In this document: piece after piece, positions 1 through 8,936 of the stretch
How positions within the stretch are numbered: the first letter of the stretch is position 1
Layout: each line of letters starts with the position of its first letter
From: a virus
Virus record (IMG/VR): IMGVR_UViG_3300030098_006784
Coordinates: 4,833 to 68,832 of that record
DNA: 64,000 bases
Reading direction: 5' to 3' (one strand)
The notes under the pieces: model-generated
Told to the model about the DNA's origin: nothing
What the model saw: the letters and a program-made list of their open reading frames with translations, nothing else
The model's database searches: none
Program-made: the position numbers and the translations under genes

Positions 1-185
1 CCTTAGTGTGTGTAGGTACGGACCGCGGTGCGCGACACCACCTGGCCCGCCCCCACGCCACACAAGGGGATCGGATGCGGTCGGTCAGCGGATGGGTATC
101 GGTTTGATACAGGTCGGGTTCGGTATTGCTTTGGTGCCGTAGGGATAGAGGGCGGGTGGGAGGGCCCAACGTCCGGCGGACCCCC

Positions 186-262
186 GTCACGCCTGCGGCG
201 TGACAAGGTGTCAACCCTTGGACGCTTCAGGCGTGACAGGGGGTCACGCCTGAGGCGTCACG
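186..262. promoter_or_regulatory. Palindrome cluster: GTCACGCC-N3-GGCGTGAC, TGACA-N3-TGTCA and TCAGGCGTGAC/GTCACGCCTGA, with a minus-strand TTGACA box
   Basis: Inverted repeats at 186-193/197-204, 201-205/209-213 and 227-237/243-253; 187-218 matches 2544-2575 at 29/32. Confidence 0.7.
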
Positions 263-276
263 CTGTCACGGGTCAG

Positions 277-423
277 CTATGGCGGGCCGGTCCAGGACTG
301 AACCACGGTCTGCACTGACGGGCTGAGGATGAAGCCCAGGAGGGCGGCGATGATTGCCGCCCCCGCGAGCATCGCGAGGAAGTCCAGGAGCGGCCCAGGG
401 GCCGCGGACGGGCCGCGGCTCAC
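277..423 (-). CDS. Small membrane peptide (48 aa)
   Basis: GTG start overlaps the TGA of 420..515; hydrophobic stretch LLDFLAMLAGAAIIAALLGFIL; below ORF-track cutoff. Confidence 0.5.
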   Translation of the reverse strand: MSRGPSAAPGPLLDFLAMLAGAAIIAALLGFILSPSVQTVVQSWTGPP

Positions 424-515
424 AGGAACACCGCCGTGAGGACCGGGGCCGCCACAAGGGCGACCACGGTCAACACGTAGAGTTGCTCCAGCATCTGGCG
501 CAACTCCTGGTTCAT
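420..515 (-). CDS. Small membrane peptide (31 aa)
   Basis: ATGA overlap with the DUF932 stop; MNQELRQMLEQLYVLTVVALVAAPVLTAVFL. Confidence 0.55.
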   Translation of the reverse strand: MNQELRQMLEQLYVLTVVALVAAPVLTAVFL

Positions 516-2119
516 CGGGCGTACCCCGCCACGACGGGCACGAGCAAGCCGCTCAACTCCTCGACTTCACGCCACCAGGAGGGTTGCGCGCCACCGTCGC
601 CGTGGGCCGCGCGGGTCATAGCCTGCGCGGCTTGCTGCCACGTCCCCGGGGCGTCGGGCTCGCTCTCCAGGGCGGCGAGAAACGCGCGTTCCTGCTTCTT
701 GCTGGACGCGAGCCCCACCAGGGCGTCCTCGACGGTACTGTACGTCGGTCCCTTGCCGGCGATGGGGACTCCCTTCACCAGGGCCAACGGGACCGCCTCA
801 ATGGGTGTCTCCGCCATCACGCCCCACTCGGCGAGGAAACGTCGGGCGATGGGTCCGAAATTGCGCGTGGCGAGGCGGACCGCCTCCAAAACTTCGCGGG
901 CCTTGTAGTGGTTGCCTACGTGCCGCCATCGGGCGGCGGAGGTGTAGGCGCTGATGATGTTGCAGTTGACGCATTGCACCACCAAACTTCCAAAGTCCAG
1001 GCGACCGCTACCGCCACCCGCGTCGTCGGTGCGGAAGCGCAACTGAAGCGTCATACCGTCGCCGACGGTGACGCCCTCCGCCATCTCAGAGCCCGGAGCG
1101 ACGGAAATCATGGCCTCCAGGGCGGTAGTGGTGCGGTCGTACTCACACACCGCCTTCACCCCGGGAATATTGTCCAGTTCAGAGGCGAGGGTCCGAGCCG
1201 CCACGGCGGCCCCGGTACCTACGAGGTACCCCTGACCGGTGACGGCGTAGAGTTCCGCGCCGCTGTCGCCCTGGCGAACATGGAGCCGGGCAATGGGGTT
1301 CTCCGCCCGGGGCGTCGCCTTCCAGGCGAACGCTTCGATGTCAGCGTTCACACTGTCCACCAGCCGGCCCACGTCGTCACGTCCCAGGAGATAGGAGAGA
1401 CCCGGGGCGATGGGCGCGGTGCGGCTGTCGTAGCTGTCCGCGTCGTCCAACTGGTGGCGCGTCGTCTGCCGATGGAGCGACCCGTAGCGCTGCGCAAGCT
1501 TCGTCAAGCTGGCCTCACTCAGAGCCAACAGGCCAGCGCCCCGGGACAGGAAGACCTGACCGTTGTGCTCCTCCAGGCGGAGGTCTCGCAAGTCGACGTC
1601 GACGTGCGTACGGCGTTCCGCTTCGATGCGGTCGGCGAACCATCGCAGGGCGTCGGGGGCGTCCTCCTGGGCTTCGATGTCGGCGAGGTGTTCCCGTACC
1701 ACCTGGGTTCCCATGCTGATGAGCGGGGTACCCGGGGAGTAAAGCAGCGAGTCAGCCAGGAAGGCGGAGCCGCTGTCCATCGCCCCGGTGAGCGTGGAGC
1801 GGGTGACGGTCTCGCCGTCGGTGCTGGCGTGCATCTCAGCCATGGCGGCGACGCCACGGCGGCCAACGGGGGCGACGGTGACCACGGGGGCCGGGGCCTC
1901 GCTGGGCTCGGTCGGGTCGTCGCTGTCGTCCTCTTCCTCGTCCTCCAGGGCGGGGAGAAGGAAGAGGTCCTCACCGATGGTGTAGCCGTTGACTTCGGCG
2001 AACATCCTGGCTCCCGCATCAGTGAGCGGGCGGTCGTGGAGGCGGCAGCCCTGGTCGGGGTCGCGCTCGCTGTTCAGCCAGTAGCGGACAGCGCCGAGGA
2101 TGGGGTGTGAGTTGGTCAT
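512..2119 (-). CDS. DUF932-like early protein with N-terminal extension
   Basis: LYAVTGQGY, VGDGMTLQLRFRTDDAGGGS, VVQCVNCNII and RWRHVG follow the DUF932 pattern; ATG 2119 preceded by GGAG. Confidence 0.65.
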   Translation of the reverse strand: MTNSHPILGAVRYWLNSERDPDQGCRLHDRPLTDAGARMFAEVNGYTIGEDLFLLPALEDEEEDDSDDPTEPSEAPAPVVTVAPVGRRGVAAMAEMHASTDGETVTRSTLTGAMDSGSAFLADSLLYSPGTPLISMGTQVVREHLADIEAQEDAPDALRWFADRIEAERRTHVDVDLRDLRLEEHNGQVFLSRGAGLLALSEASLTKLAQRYGSLHRQTTRHQLDDADSYDSRTAPIAPGLSYLLGRDDVGRLVDSVNADIEAFAWKATPRAENPIARLHVRQGDSGAELYAVTGQGYLVGTGAAVAARTLASELDNIPGVKAVCEYDRTTTALEAMISVAPGSEMAEGVTVGDGMTLQLRFRTDDAGGGSGRLDFGSLVVQCVNCNIISAYTSAARWRHVGNHYKAREVLEAVRLATRNFGPIARRFLAEWGVMAETPIEAVPLALVKGVPIAGKGPTYSTVEDALVGLASSKKQERAFLAALESEPDAPGTWQQAAQAMTRAAHGDGGAQPSWWREVEELSGLLVPVVAGYAR

Positions 2120-2407
2120 GTCTTGAGTCTCCGTAGCGGGGAAGGTCACGGCGTCAGTGCCGTGACCGCTTCCTTTCTACCATAGGAGGTAAGTACTCCT
2201 CATAGACCAGGACGGACCAGGAGGGGCGACCCGTGCGAACGCAGGCCCCAGGCCAATCCAAAAAAGATGTCAAGAGAATGTCAGCACCCGACGGCGTCAA
2301 GGCTTCACGGGGCGCGGGGCGGTCAGGGCTGAGCCGTGACCCGTCCGCCCTGGTGACGGCTGAGCCGTGGCCGCCCTCCTGGGCGGCGTCGTAGCTCAGA
2401 ACTGAGA

Positions 2408-2444
2408 TGTCACCGAATGTCACCAGCTGTCACCAGCTGTCACC
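2408..2444. repeat. Four TGTCACC units at exact 10-bp period
   Basis: TGTCACC at 2408, 2418, 2428 and 2438. Confidence 0.9.
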
Positions 2445-2543
2445 CGCCGCTCAGCCGTGCGCAGCACCCTTGGCGTCCGGCGGGATGAGGCCGCCTCGGA
2501 GGGCGGGAGGGCGGGCCCGGCGTCCGGCAGGACGCCGCCGCGA

Positions 2544-2601
2544 TCACGCCTGAGGCGTGACAAATTGTCAACCCTCAGCCGCGACAAGCTGTCACGGCTG
2601 A
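2544..2601. promoter_or_regulatory. Second copy of the 32-bp palindromic element plus TCAGCCG...CGGCTGA inverted repeat
   Basis: TCACGCCtgaGGCGTGACAaatTGTCAaccct; TTGACA on the minus strand points toward the DUF932 gene. Confidence 0.7.
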
Positions 2602-2622
2602 AGGCTTAGTGGGTGCTGCGTT

Positions 2623-3066
2623 TCAATCGGGGTCGTGGAACTCCACCCCGATTTCGTAGTCGAAGTCGGGCACGTTTGCCCAGTAGCCCAGTCGCACTTG
2701 GTCGCGTAGAGGCAAATCATCGATATCAATCGACGGCTCAGGCATGACCCGTCCGCCGCCGTTACAGGCGCGGCACGGGTCCCAGTCGTCGACGTCAATC
2801 TGAGCGCCCATACCAGTCCCCTCGCAGTCAGGGCACCGGTCGTCGTCCTCTTCTGAGTCCTCGTCCTCGTCTGAGTCCTTGATATCGAGCGCTTCAAGCT
2901 CCAGCAGCAGAAGCCGCCGGACCTTGGTCGGGTCCTGCTCCTGGAAGTACCATGCGTCATTCGTGGTTGCGGGCCATCGGCCCGCGTTCAGATCTGACAG
3001 CATGCGCTCGACTTCCGCGCGCATGCGCGCGCGGTCGTCGCTGTTGTTCCAGTCGGTGTAGCTCAT
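2623..3066 (-). CDS. Hypothetical protein with DnaJ-type zinc finger
   Basis: CPDCEGTG and CRACNGGG (two CxxCxGxG); acidic linker. Confidence 0.75.
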   Translation of the reverse strand: MSYTDWNNSDDRARMRAEVERMLSDLNAGRWPATTNDAWYFQEQDPTKVRRLLLLELEALDIKDSDEDEDSEEDDDRCPDCEGTGMGAQIDVDDWDPCRACNGGGRVMPEPSIDIDDLPLRDQVRLGYWANVPDFDYEIGVEFHDPD

Positions 3067-3401
3067 GCTTCAGCCACAGGCGGAGCGAGGAGCAGCAGAT
3101 AGCTGAGTTCGACGACGCTGAGGCCCAAGTCCAGGTCCTCCGCCGCCGCCAGCTGAGCCGCGGCGAGCAGCTCTCGGTAAAAGTAATGCGTCGAGCGCGT
3201 CATGGGCGAGTCTCCTTGTCCTCAGGGGCTGCATGCCCCCATGGACACCAACAAGGTAAACGCTCGACGTGTCATCGTCCAGTCTTAGAATGTAAACGAA
3301 TGTCTCTAAGTTGGTGACATTCTGAGACACAACAAGACGTCTTGTGACTGGGCTTTTACCTCGTCCGGCAGTAGCTTCAGGAGGCACAACAGGAGAGACT
3401 C

Positions 3402-4202
3402 ATGAACTGGCGTAAGAGCTGGTCCACCCGGCTCAAGACTACCCTCGGACTCCGGCGCAAGGCGGACATCCCTGCCTCATTTGTCGTTTGGCGGGGCGTC
3501 TCCCGTCTGGACGGCGAGACCCCAATCAAGCTGGTTGCATCGTGCGTCAGCCGTGCGTCGCAGAACAGCAAGACCGGAGACATGATTCAGGTGTCAATCA
3601 TGCGGGAGGATGTCTCGCCCTTGACTGCGTGGCTCCGCGGCCTGGATGGCGCGGTCTGTCCTGAAGCGTGCGTCCACCGGTCGCGCGCCCGGGGCGGTCA
3701 AGGGACCTGCTACGTGAACAAGGCGAAAGTCGGCAACGCATGGCGCGGAAGCTCCGGTCCTGCGTTGACGATGGCTCAGATTCGCGAGCGCTTCAGCGGG
3801 GCGATGGTCCGCGGCGGCATGGAGGGCGACGGTTCCGCTGTCCCGCTTGAGATTTGGCGGGCAATCTTCAGCGTTGCCCGGGGTTTCACGGGCTACACCG
3901 CCGAGTGGCGCTCACTCAGCCCTGACTGGGCGCTGTACTTCATGGCGTCTTGCGACTCAGTCGAGGACGCCGAACGAGCGCAGGCTGCGGGCTGGCGCCC
4001 GTTCCTGACAAGCTACAGCCAGAAGCAAGACACCGCCGCGTCTCAGCTGGACATGAAGCAATGCCCGGCTACCCGAGAGACCAAGCTCCCGGTCACCTGC
4101 GTCACCTGTCGAGGCTGTAACGGTCTGAGTCAAGGTGCGAAGCGGCCTGGCTACTGGGTACCGATTCACGGAGCCGAAGGCTCCAAGCTGAGGGCTGACT
4201 AA
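3402..4202 (+). CDS. Cys-rich conserved phage protein (GP88-like, possibly Fe-S binding)
   Basis: NSKTGDMIQ, AVCPEACVHR, TCYV, TGYT, MASCD, GWRPF, CPA and CVTCRGC motifs; SD AGGAG. Confidence 0.6.
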   Translation: MNWRKSWSTRLKTTLGLRRKADIPASFVVWRGVSRLDGETPIKLVASCVSRASQNSKTGDMIQVSIMREDVSPLTAWLRGLDGAVCPEACVHRSRARGGQGTCYVNKAKVGNAWRGSSGPALTMAQIRERFSGAMVRGGMEGDGSAVPLEIWRAIFSVARGFTGYTAEWRSLSPDWALYFMASCDSVEDAERAQAAGWRPFLTSYSQKQDTAASQLDMKQCPATRETKLPVTCVTCRGCNGLSQGAKRPGYWVPIHGAEGSKLRAD

Positions 4203-4226
4203 GTCAGCCCTCAAAAGGGAGAAGCT

Positions 4227-4454
4227 ATGCGCAACCGAATCTACCGACGCCTGATCCGTTTGGCGGGACGAGTCGCCCCCGCGGTTCACCGCCGAGACCA
4301 AGCAGCACAGCAGCGAGCTCAACGCTGCGAGGTCTTCGTCGAAGACCTCATCTACGAGATGAACAGCCAAGGCGCCTGGTCTGGCGGGGATGTCTGCCAG
4401 TTCATCGCCGACTACGCCCCGAAGGATCTACAAGTCAGGCTGGAGACCGAGTAA
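4227..4454 (+). CDS. Hypothetical protein
   Basis: SD GGGAG; follows 3402..4202 and is followed by a hairpin. Confidence 0.65.
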   Translation: MRNRIYRRLIRLAGRVAPAVHRRDQAAQQRAQRCEVFVEDLIYEMNSQGAWSGGDVCQFIADYAPKDLQVRLETE

Positions 4455-4462
4455 TCCCTCAG

Positions 4463-4490
4463 ACGGTGGCGGCGAAGCCGCCACCGTTTC
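4463..4490 (+). terminator. 11-bp perfect hairpin with C-GAA-G loop, probable terminator
   Basis: ACGGTGGCGGC-GAA-GCCGCCACCGT then TTC. Confidence 0.55.
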
Positions 4491-4530
4491 CGGCGGGGCC
4501 CGGAATCACGGTTCAACCATTGGAATCGGG

Positions 4531-4601
4531 CGATTCAGGCGTGATTCGGGCGGCTAACGCCTGAATCGCGCCTAAATTACGTCTGAATCACGCTAAAATG
4601 G
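4531..4601. repeat. Iteron-like 11-mer array (CGCCTGAATCR), two inverted plus three to four direct copies
   Basis: Inverted 4531-4541 and 4542-4552; direct 4558, 4569, 4580 and degenerate 4591. Confidence 0.75.
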
Positions 4602-4677
4602 GGCTGTTCCGCGTTTTAGAGGTGGTTTTGAGCCGCCTGAGACGTGTTATACTGCATCTGACAAGGAGAAAACGTCC

Positions 4678-4830
4678 ATGCCGGGCCTGTACAGCAACAT
4701 CCACGCCAAGCGGAAGCGGATTTCCGCGGGTTCAGGCGAGAAGATGCGGAAGCCGGGCGCCAAGGGCGCCCCGACTGAGAAAGCCTTCGCCGATTCAGCC
4801 AAGACTGCGAAGAAAAAGAAGAAGAAGTAG
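4678..4830 (+). CDS. Small basic phage protein (50 aa)
   Basis: MPGLYSNIHAKRKRISAGSGEKMRKPGAKGAPTEKAFADSAKTAKKKKKK; SD AAGGAG; upstream TGnTATACT; not in ORF track. Confidence 0.8.
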   Translation: MPGLYSNIHAKRKRISAGSGEKMRKPGAKGAPTEKAFADSAKTAKKKKKK

Positions 4831-4856
4831 CAATTCTAAGGCGTTAGCCGCCTCGA

Positions 4857-5291
4857 CTACTCCTTCCGGCCCAACACATCGAGCAGGCGAGAGCTAAAAC
4901 TCTCTGGCAGGGCGGCGTGCGCGTGCAGATGCTGCTGTGGTTGAGCCTTGCCTTCTTCGGGCATGCTGTATTGGAGCAACGTCTGAGCCGCCTTCACTCG
5001 GTCCGCGTCCTTCTCCCCGTGCCCAGCGATGTCCGCCAGGTGCTGTAACGCCTGAGCGCTGTAGTCCACCGCCTGATCGGCGAGTTGGTTGCGCCTGATC
5101 GTTCGGTTCAGTTGGTAGGCGTGCTTCGTCTCCGGGTCGTTCAGCGTCAACTCACGGATCAGCGACGCCGGAATCTCCAGCTCCCGAGCGATCGTTCCGA
5201 TGGGGTATCCGCGCCTCAGCGCTACATCGACCAGCGCCTTGACATCATCGGCCAAAGACGCAGGCGCAGGTAGATTCAGGTTGAACTCCAT
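4857..5291 (-). CDS. Probable terminase small subunit
   Basis: N-terminal HTH (YPIGTIARELEIPASLIREL), helical middle, DADRVKAAQTLLQY, C-terminal QHLH. Confidence 0.55.
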   Translation of the reverse strand: MEFNLNLPAPASLADDVKALVDVALRRGYPIGTIARELEIPASLIRELTLNDPETKHAYQLNRTIRRNQLADQAVDYSAQALQHLADIAGHGEKDADRVKAAQTLLQYSMPEEGKAQPQQHLHAHAALPESFSSRLLDVLGRKE

Positions 5292-5299
5292 GCCTCACA

Positions 5300-5720
5300 T
5301 CTTATCGACAAGCAACCCTTCTGACTACTGAAAGGATGTTCAGTTACCAGATCAACACACCAACACAACTAAGGACTACTCATTCTAAACATAACTCATC
5401 AACTAACCCGCTCTCTCTTTTGAACCATAGGTACTATATACCCACTACTCCTTATTTTAGGAGGGGGTACCCTCAGCGCCGACCGACCCCGACTGTCAAC
5501 TGCGGGTCACAGGTAACATAGAAAGACGGCACTGCTTTTCAGGCAAGAGAACAAAACATCGCTCACCCTTGCTTCGCACCTCTCCTAACTGTTCAGATCA
5601 CGACAAGTAACTTTCTGCTGCAGCTACCCCAGCTGATTCAACAGATCAGGGGTTGACCTCGATACCCAACAGCAGTATGCAGACAAGCACGACTCTCGTT
5701 CTGCGAAACAAGGACCGATC
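5300..5720. other. AT-richer, G-poor non-coding region between divergent genes (candidate origin or packaging region)
   Basis: Strong C/A bias on + strand; CTCCT-TATTTT-AGGAG hairpin; GGGTACCC palindrome; promoter TTGACC-17-TATGCA at 5653-5681. Confidence 0.45.
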
Positions 5721-5722
5721 AC

Positions 5723-7552
5723 ATGGCGCTCTATCCTTTGAACTCACGACCTGGTTTTCAGCCGTTGAAGTCCCCTCGGCTCAAGCTCGCCGAGCTCCTC
5801 ATGACGCAGGGGTTGGGGCGCGTAAAGCTGAGTCGTGAGCTGCACGGGCTCAAGCGTGAAGGTGTCGTGCGCTGGCGATGGGTTCCCTGTCTGGGTCGTG
5901 ACATGGCTGCGCTTCAGTTCTCAAAGCTGGCCAGCTTCAGCTGGAAGCACGCGTGGCTGAAGGGTGGGTTGCGTCAGGACATGCTGGTGATCTCAGCCCC
6001 AGGCTCGCTGTGCTGGGCGGAGTCCTTCAACGACCGTAAGCGCGTCGAGCTGCTGCCCTTGCCGGAAGTGAGGGCGCTTGTGCTGGGCGCAGCCTCCTCG
6101 CGCTACACGACCCGGCACGGGGGCGTCCTCGCGGGTCTGCTGTCGGAGATGATCCGCACCGATGAGAAGCGGGAGACGCAGCGGGTCGCCGCTTACCTCT
6201 GTCCCAAGGCTGAGTTGTTGATGGTGACGCGCAACCCGGAGGAGGAGTCAGCCGTGGGTGAGCTCAACGCGGACGAGGGTCGCTTGTGTCAGCCGGTGAC
6301 GACGGGAGCCGCGCCTCAGGATCTGCTCCATCGGACGTTGGAGTTGACCGGTCCTCAGCTGGGTAGCGGAGGCAAGAGCCGCACGCTGGTCCAGCTGCCT
6401 GAGCTCGTACAGGCGCGCGCGTCGGGGCAGTTCACAGACACCGGCACCTGGTACCTGAACCCGTGGCGCTGCGTGCAGGGCAACGACGCTGTCGCATCTG
6501 AGCTGTTGCCCGGGGACAAGTGGCGGCTGCATGTCAGGCGTGGGTTCGAGGAGCGGGTCGATGGAGTCTACCGCCTGAAGCTCAAGTACGAGGCGGCGCC
6601 CCTGGTGAAGGACGTGGACGGTCGGACGTTGTCTGACTTGCGACTCAAGGTGGACGTGACCTGGGAGCACGATGCGTTGCCTGGCGTATCTGAGGCGGAA
6701 CTGCTCGAGGGGCGCCTGAGTCGTAGCGGGTGGCGCCTGATACGGGTGAGCAGCGACAAGGTGAAGAGCAGCGAGCGCGTACTGCTCAACAGCCTGGGCG
6801 CAGGTGAGGCGGCCTTCAGCTGGCAGCAGTGGGGTCTCCCGGTGTCACCGCTCATCGTTGACCCGGGCGACTGGAGCGCGCTGTGCATCCTGAACTGGTT
6901 GCTGGGTGGCGTACGCCTGAAGCACGTCAGCAGCTCTCGTCGAGGGCTCACCGATGACACGCTGAGGGAGGTGCGCTTCGACGTGTGGTCGGGTCAGCAC
7001 CTGAACGTGCGTACCCGGGCTCGCCTGGGCCTGACGCTCGCGCGCGTAGCGGAGAAGTACAACCTCTCCATCGCCGCCGTCTCGAACTACACCAGCGAGA
7101 GCGGGCGGACTGGACGGGCATCCTGGGTGCAGCACCGCACCGAGTTCGCCAAGCACTGGGGAGACGTGAGAGACGCCTTCGTCTCCGAAGAGGACGTGGA
7201 CGCCGATGCGGCACAGAAGGGTGAGGAGCAGTGGGCTCACGCCCTGGCCAAGCTTGAGACGGAGATGGCGACGGGTCAGGCGGAGATGCTACGCCTCAAG
7301 CGCGAACTGGAACTGCAGCGTCGTCGAGCGGACATCGCCGAGGCCGAGGCCCGACGCCTGAGAACCAAGCAACCCGTCAAGCAGCCGATCAAGCAGCCCA
7401 CCCGCCTGCGACTCACGGACGAGACGCAAGAGACGCAAGAGGTCGATGAGACTGAGGTGGCAGACGAAGTCACCGGAGAGTGGGAGCTCCCCCCACCCCC
7501 GAGCTTCGACGAGCCCTTCATCACTCCCTATCGAGGGACGACTGAGGAGTAG
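5723..7552 (+). CDS. Large hypothetical DNA-binding protein (HTH plus coiled coil)
   Basis: 609 aa; RARLGLTLARVAEKYNLSIAAVSNY is HTH-like; coiled coil and acidic tail; own promoter and SD. Confidence 0.7.
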   Translation: MALYPLNSRPGFQPLKSPRLKLAELLMTQGLGRVKLSRELHGLKREGVVRWRWVPCLGRDMAALQFSKLASFSWKHAWLKGGLRQDMLVISAPGSLCWAESFNDRKRVELLPLPEVRALVLGAASSRYTTRHGGVLAGLLSEMIRTDEKRETQRVAAYLCPKAELLMVTRNPEEESAVGELNADEGRLCQPVTTGAAPQDLLHRTLELTGPQLGSGGKSRTLVQLPELVQARASGQFTDTGTWYLNPWRCVQGNDAVASELLPGDKWRLHVRRGFEERVDGVYRLKLKYEAAPLVKDVDGRTLSDLRLKVDVTWEHDALPGVSEAELLEGRLSRSGWRLIRVSSDKVKSSERVLLNSLGAGEAAFSWQQWGLPVSPLIVDPGDWSALCILNWLLGGVRLKHVSSSRRGLTDDTLREVRFDVWSGQHLNVRTRARLGLTLARVAEKYNLSIAAVSNYTSESGRTGRASWVQHRTEFAKHWGDVRDAFVSEEDVDADAAQKGEEQWAHALAKLETEMATGQAEMLRLKRELELQRRRADIAEAEARRLRTKQPVKQPIKQPTRLRLTDETQETQEVDETEVADEVTGEWELPPPPSFDEPFITPYRGTTEE

Positions 7553-7805
7553 CTCGCCAGACGAGCTGAGCTCCAAGGTACACGGCTGAGCCGTAGGGAT
7601 CAGGACCGACGACAACACCTTCACGGATGAGATCGTGCAGCGCCAAGTACAAGTCCAGGTCAGCCGGCCCGCCCTCGACGTAGATGTCGGACCACCCGAA
7701 GCGGCCCAAGCGGGCGGCGACCTGGCCGACCCAGACCCGAGCCCGCGCGCGTCGGATGGGATTGACCGCGCGCTTGTCTCGGAGGTACTCAATGAGCTTC
7801 GTCAT
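7521..7805 (-). CDS. Hypothetical protein
   Basis: ATG 7805 in ATGA overlap with the upstream ORF; MTKLIEYLRD. Confidence 0.5.
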   Translation of the reverse strand: MTKLIEYLRDKRAVNPIRRARARVWVGQVAARLGRFGWSDIYVEGGPADLDLYLALHDLIREGVVVGPDPYGSAVYLGAQLVWRATPQSSLDRE

Positions 7806-7981
7806 GTTGAACCGGAAGAAAGAGAACCGTCGCCCCGAGCGGTTGCCACCATCACCGGAGCAACATTGGGAGACTCGTTCGCACCAGTGTACGGGGCGAC
7901 GGCTGAAAGGGTCATGAGCGGGTCGCGGGTGTAAGCAGCCCAGTCCCCGGGCCCGACGATGTCGTAGTCGCTGTTGCTCAT
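7802..7981 (-). CDS. Hypothetical protein (59 aa)
   Basis: MSNSDYDIVGPGDW; translationally coupled to 7521..7805. Confidence 0.45.
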   Translation of the reverse strand: MSNSDYDIVGPGDWAAYTRDPLMTLSAVAPYTGANESPNVAPVMVATARGDGSLSSGST

Positions 7982-8158
7982 GACCCCAGGGTAACCACTT
8001 ACCTTCTCGCCGCAAGGGTAAGTTACAAACGGTGACAACTCCCAACATCCGTTTACCTCTTTGTTACCTTCTTTGACTGGGTGCTTACCCTTCTGCGTGT
8101 AACATAGTTGGAGCCGGGCCGACAGACAGCCCGCGACGGAGACTGAAGGAGACGATCG

Positions 8159-8704
8159 ATGTCTAAGTTTAAGATCAACCTCCCAGCTGTCTATGCCGGC
8201 TCCATCGTACACGCAGGCGGCTACGTCTGGCGTGTCGTGGAGGCTGAGCCCTGTTCGGGCTGGGCACACCTCACCCGTACGACGGGGACGCTGTCGGCTC
8301 AGAAGCCCATCGACGCGTGGCTGGACCTGGAGAGCACGGACTGGTGGGTTATCCACCCGCACGGCTCCCCGGGCATCGAGCCCCTGTCGGCCTGGGGTCA
8401 GCCGCTGGAGCCTGAGGCGCAGCGTGCCTGGTTCAAGTCCGAGGGCATCTTCGTCGGCTACGACGGTCCCACCCAGGAGGGCATCTGGTTCGTCGTCGCT
8501 GAGCAGGACGGCGCGTGGTGGTGGACCAGCTTGCTGGACGTCTACACGTCCGTCCACGGCGCAGACCATGAGCGACGAGAATCCCGGGTCCTCGCCGACT
8601 GTGAAGGCCCCTACGACTCCGAAGCCACGGCGACCCGTGCGGCATACGATGTCGCGCGTAAGTTCTGCCTGGCTCACGATATCCCGCTGCGGAAGTTCCG
8701 ATAG
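8159..8704 (+). CDS. Hypothetical Trp-rich protein
   Basis: SD AAGGAG; first gene of a + strand operon. Confidence 0.75.
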   Translation: MSKFKINLPAVYAGSIVHAGGYVWRVVEAEPCSGWAHLTRTTGTLSAQKPIDAWLDLESTDWWVIHPHGSPGIEPLSAWGQPLEPEAQRAWFKSEGIFVGYDGPTQEGIWFVVAEQDGAWWWTSLLDVYTSVHGADHERRESRVLADCEGPYDSEATATRAAYDVARKFCLAHDIPLRKFR

Positions 8705-8747
8705 CGCTGCTATTGCTGAGAGCTGCACCCACACAGGAGAAGAAGTC

Positions 8748-8936
8748 ATGACTCAGAAGCCGATCAGCTACGCCACCCTTGTGGAGTTGCTGGACATCGC
8801 CCAGTCTGACGCGCAGATGCTGCGCGCGGAGGTCGGCTACCTCAAGGAGCAGGTGGCCAAGCTGAAGCGACAACTCAGAACGGAGCAGGACTACAGCGCC
8901 GAGCTGAGCGCTGACCTGTACGGAGAGGACGCATGA
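8748..8936 (+). CDS. Small coiled-coil protein
   Basis: SD AGGAG; MTQKPISYATL with heptad pattern; ATGA overlap with next gene. Confidence 0.7.
   Translation: MTQKPISYATLVELLDIAQSDAQMLRAEVGYLKEQVAKLKRQLRTEQDYSAELSADLYGEDA

Noticed and set aside
1-180. Physical genome terminus or terminal repeat
   Set aside because: Non-coding and compositionally odd, but no matching repeat in the window; cannot be supported without reads
2408-2444. CRISPR or mini-array
   Set aside because: 7-bp units with 3-bp gaps and no spacers; the Cas4-like gene sits in the recombination module
4463-4487. N4-type hairpin promoter
   Set aside because: Single copy right after a stop codon and no virion RNAP evidence; a terminator is the simpler reading
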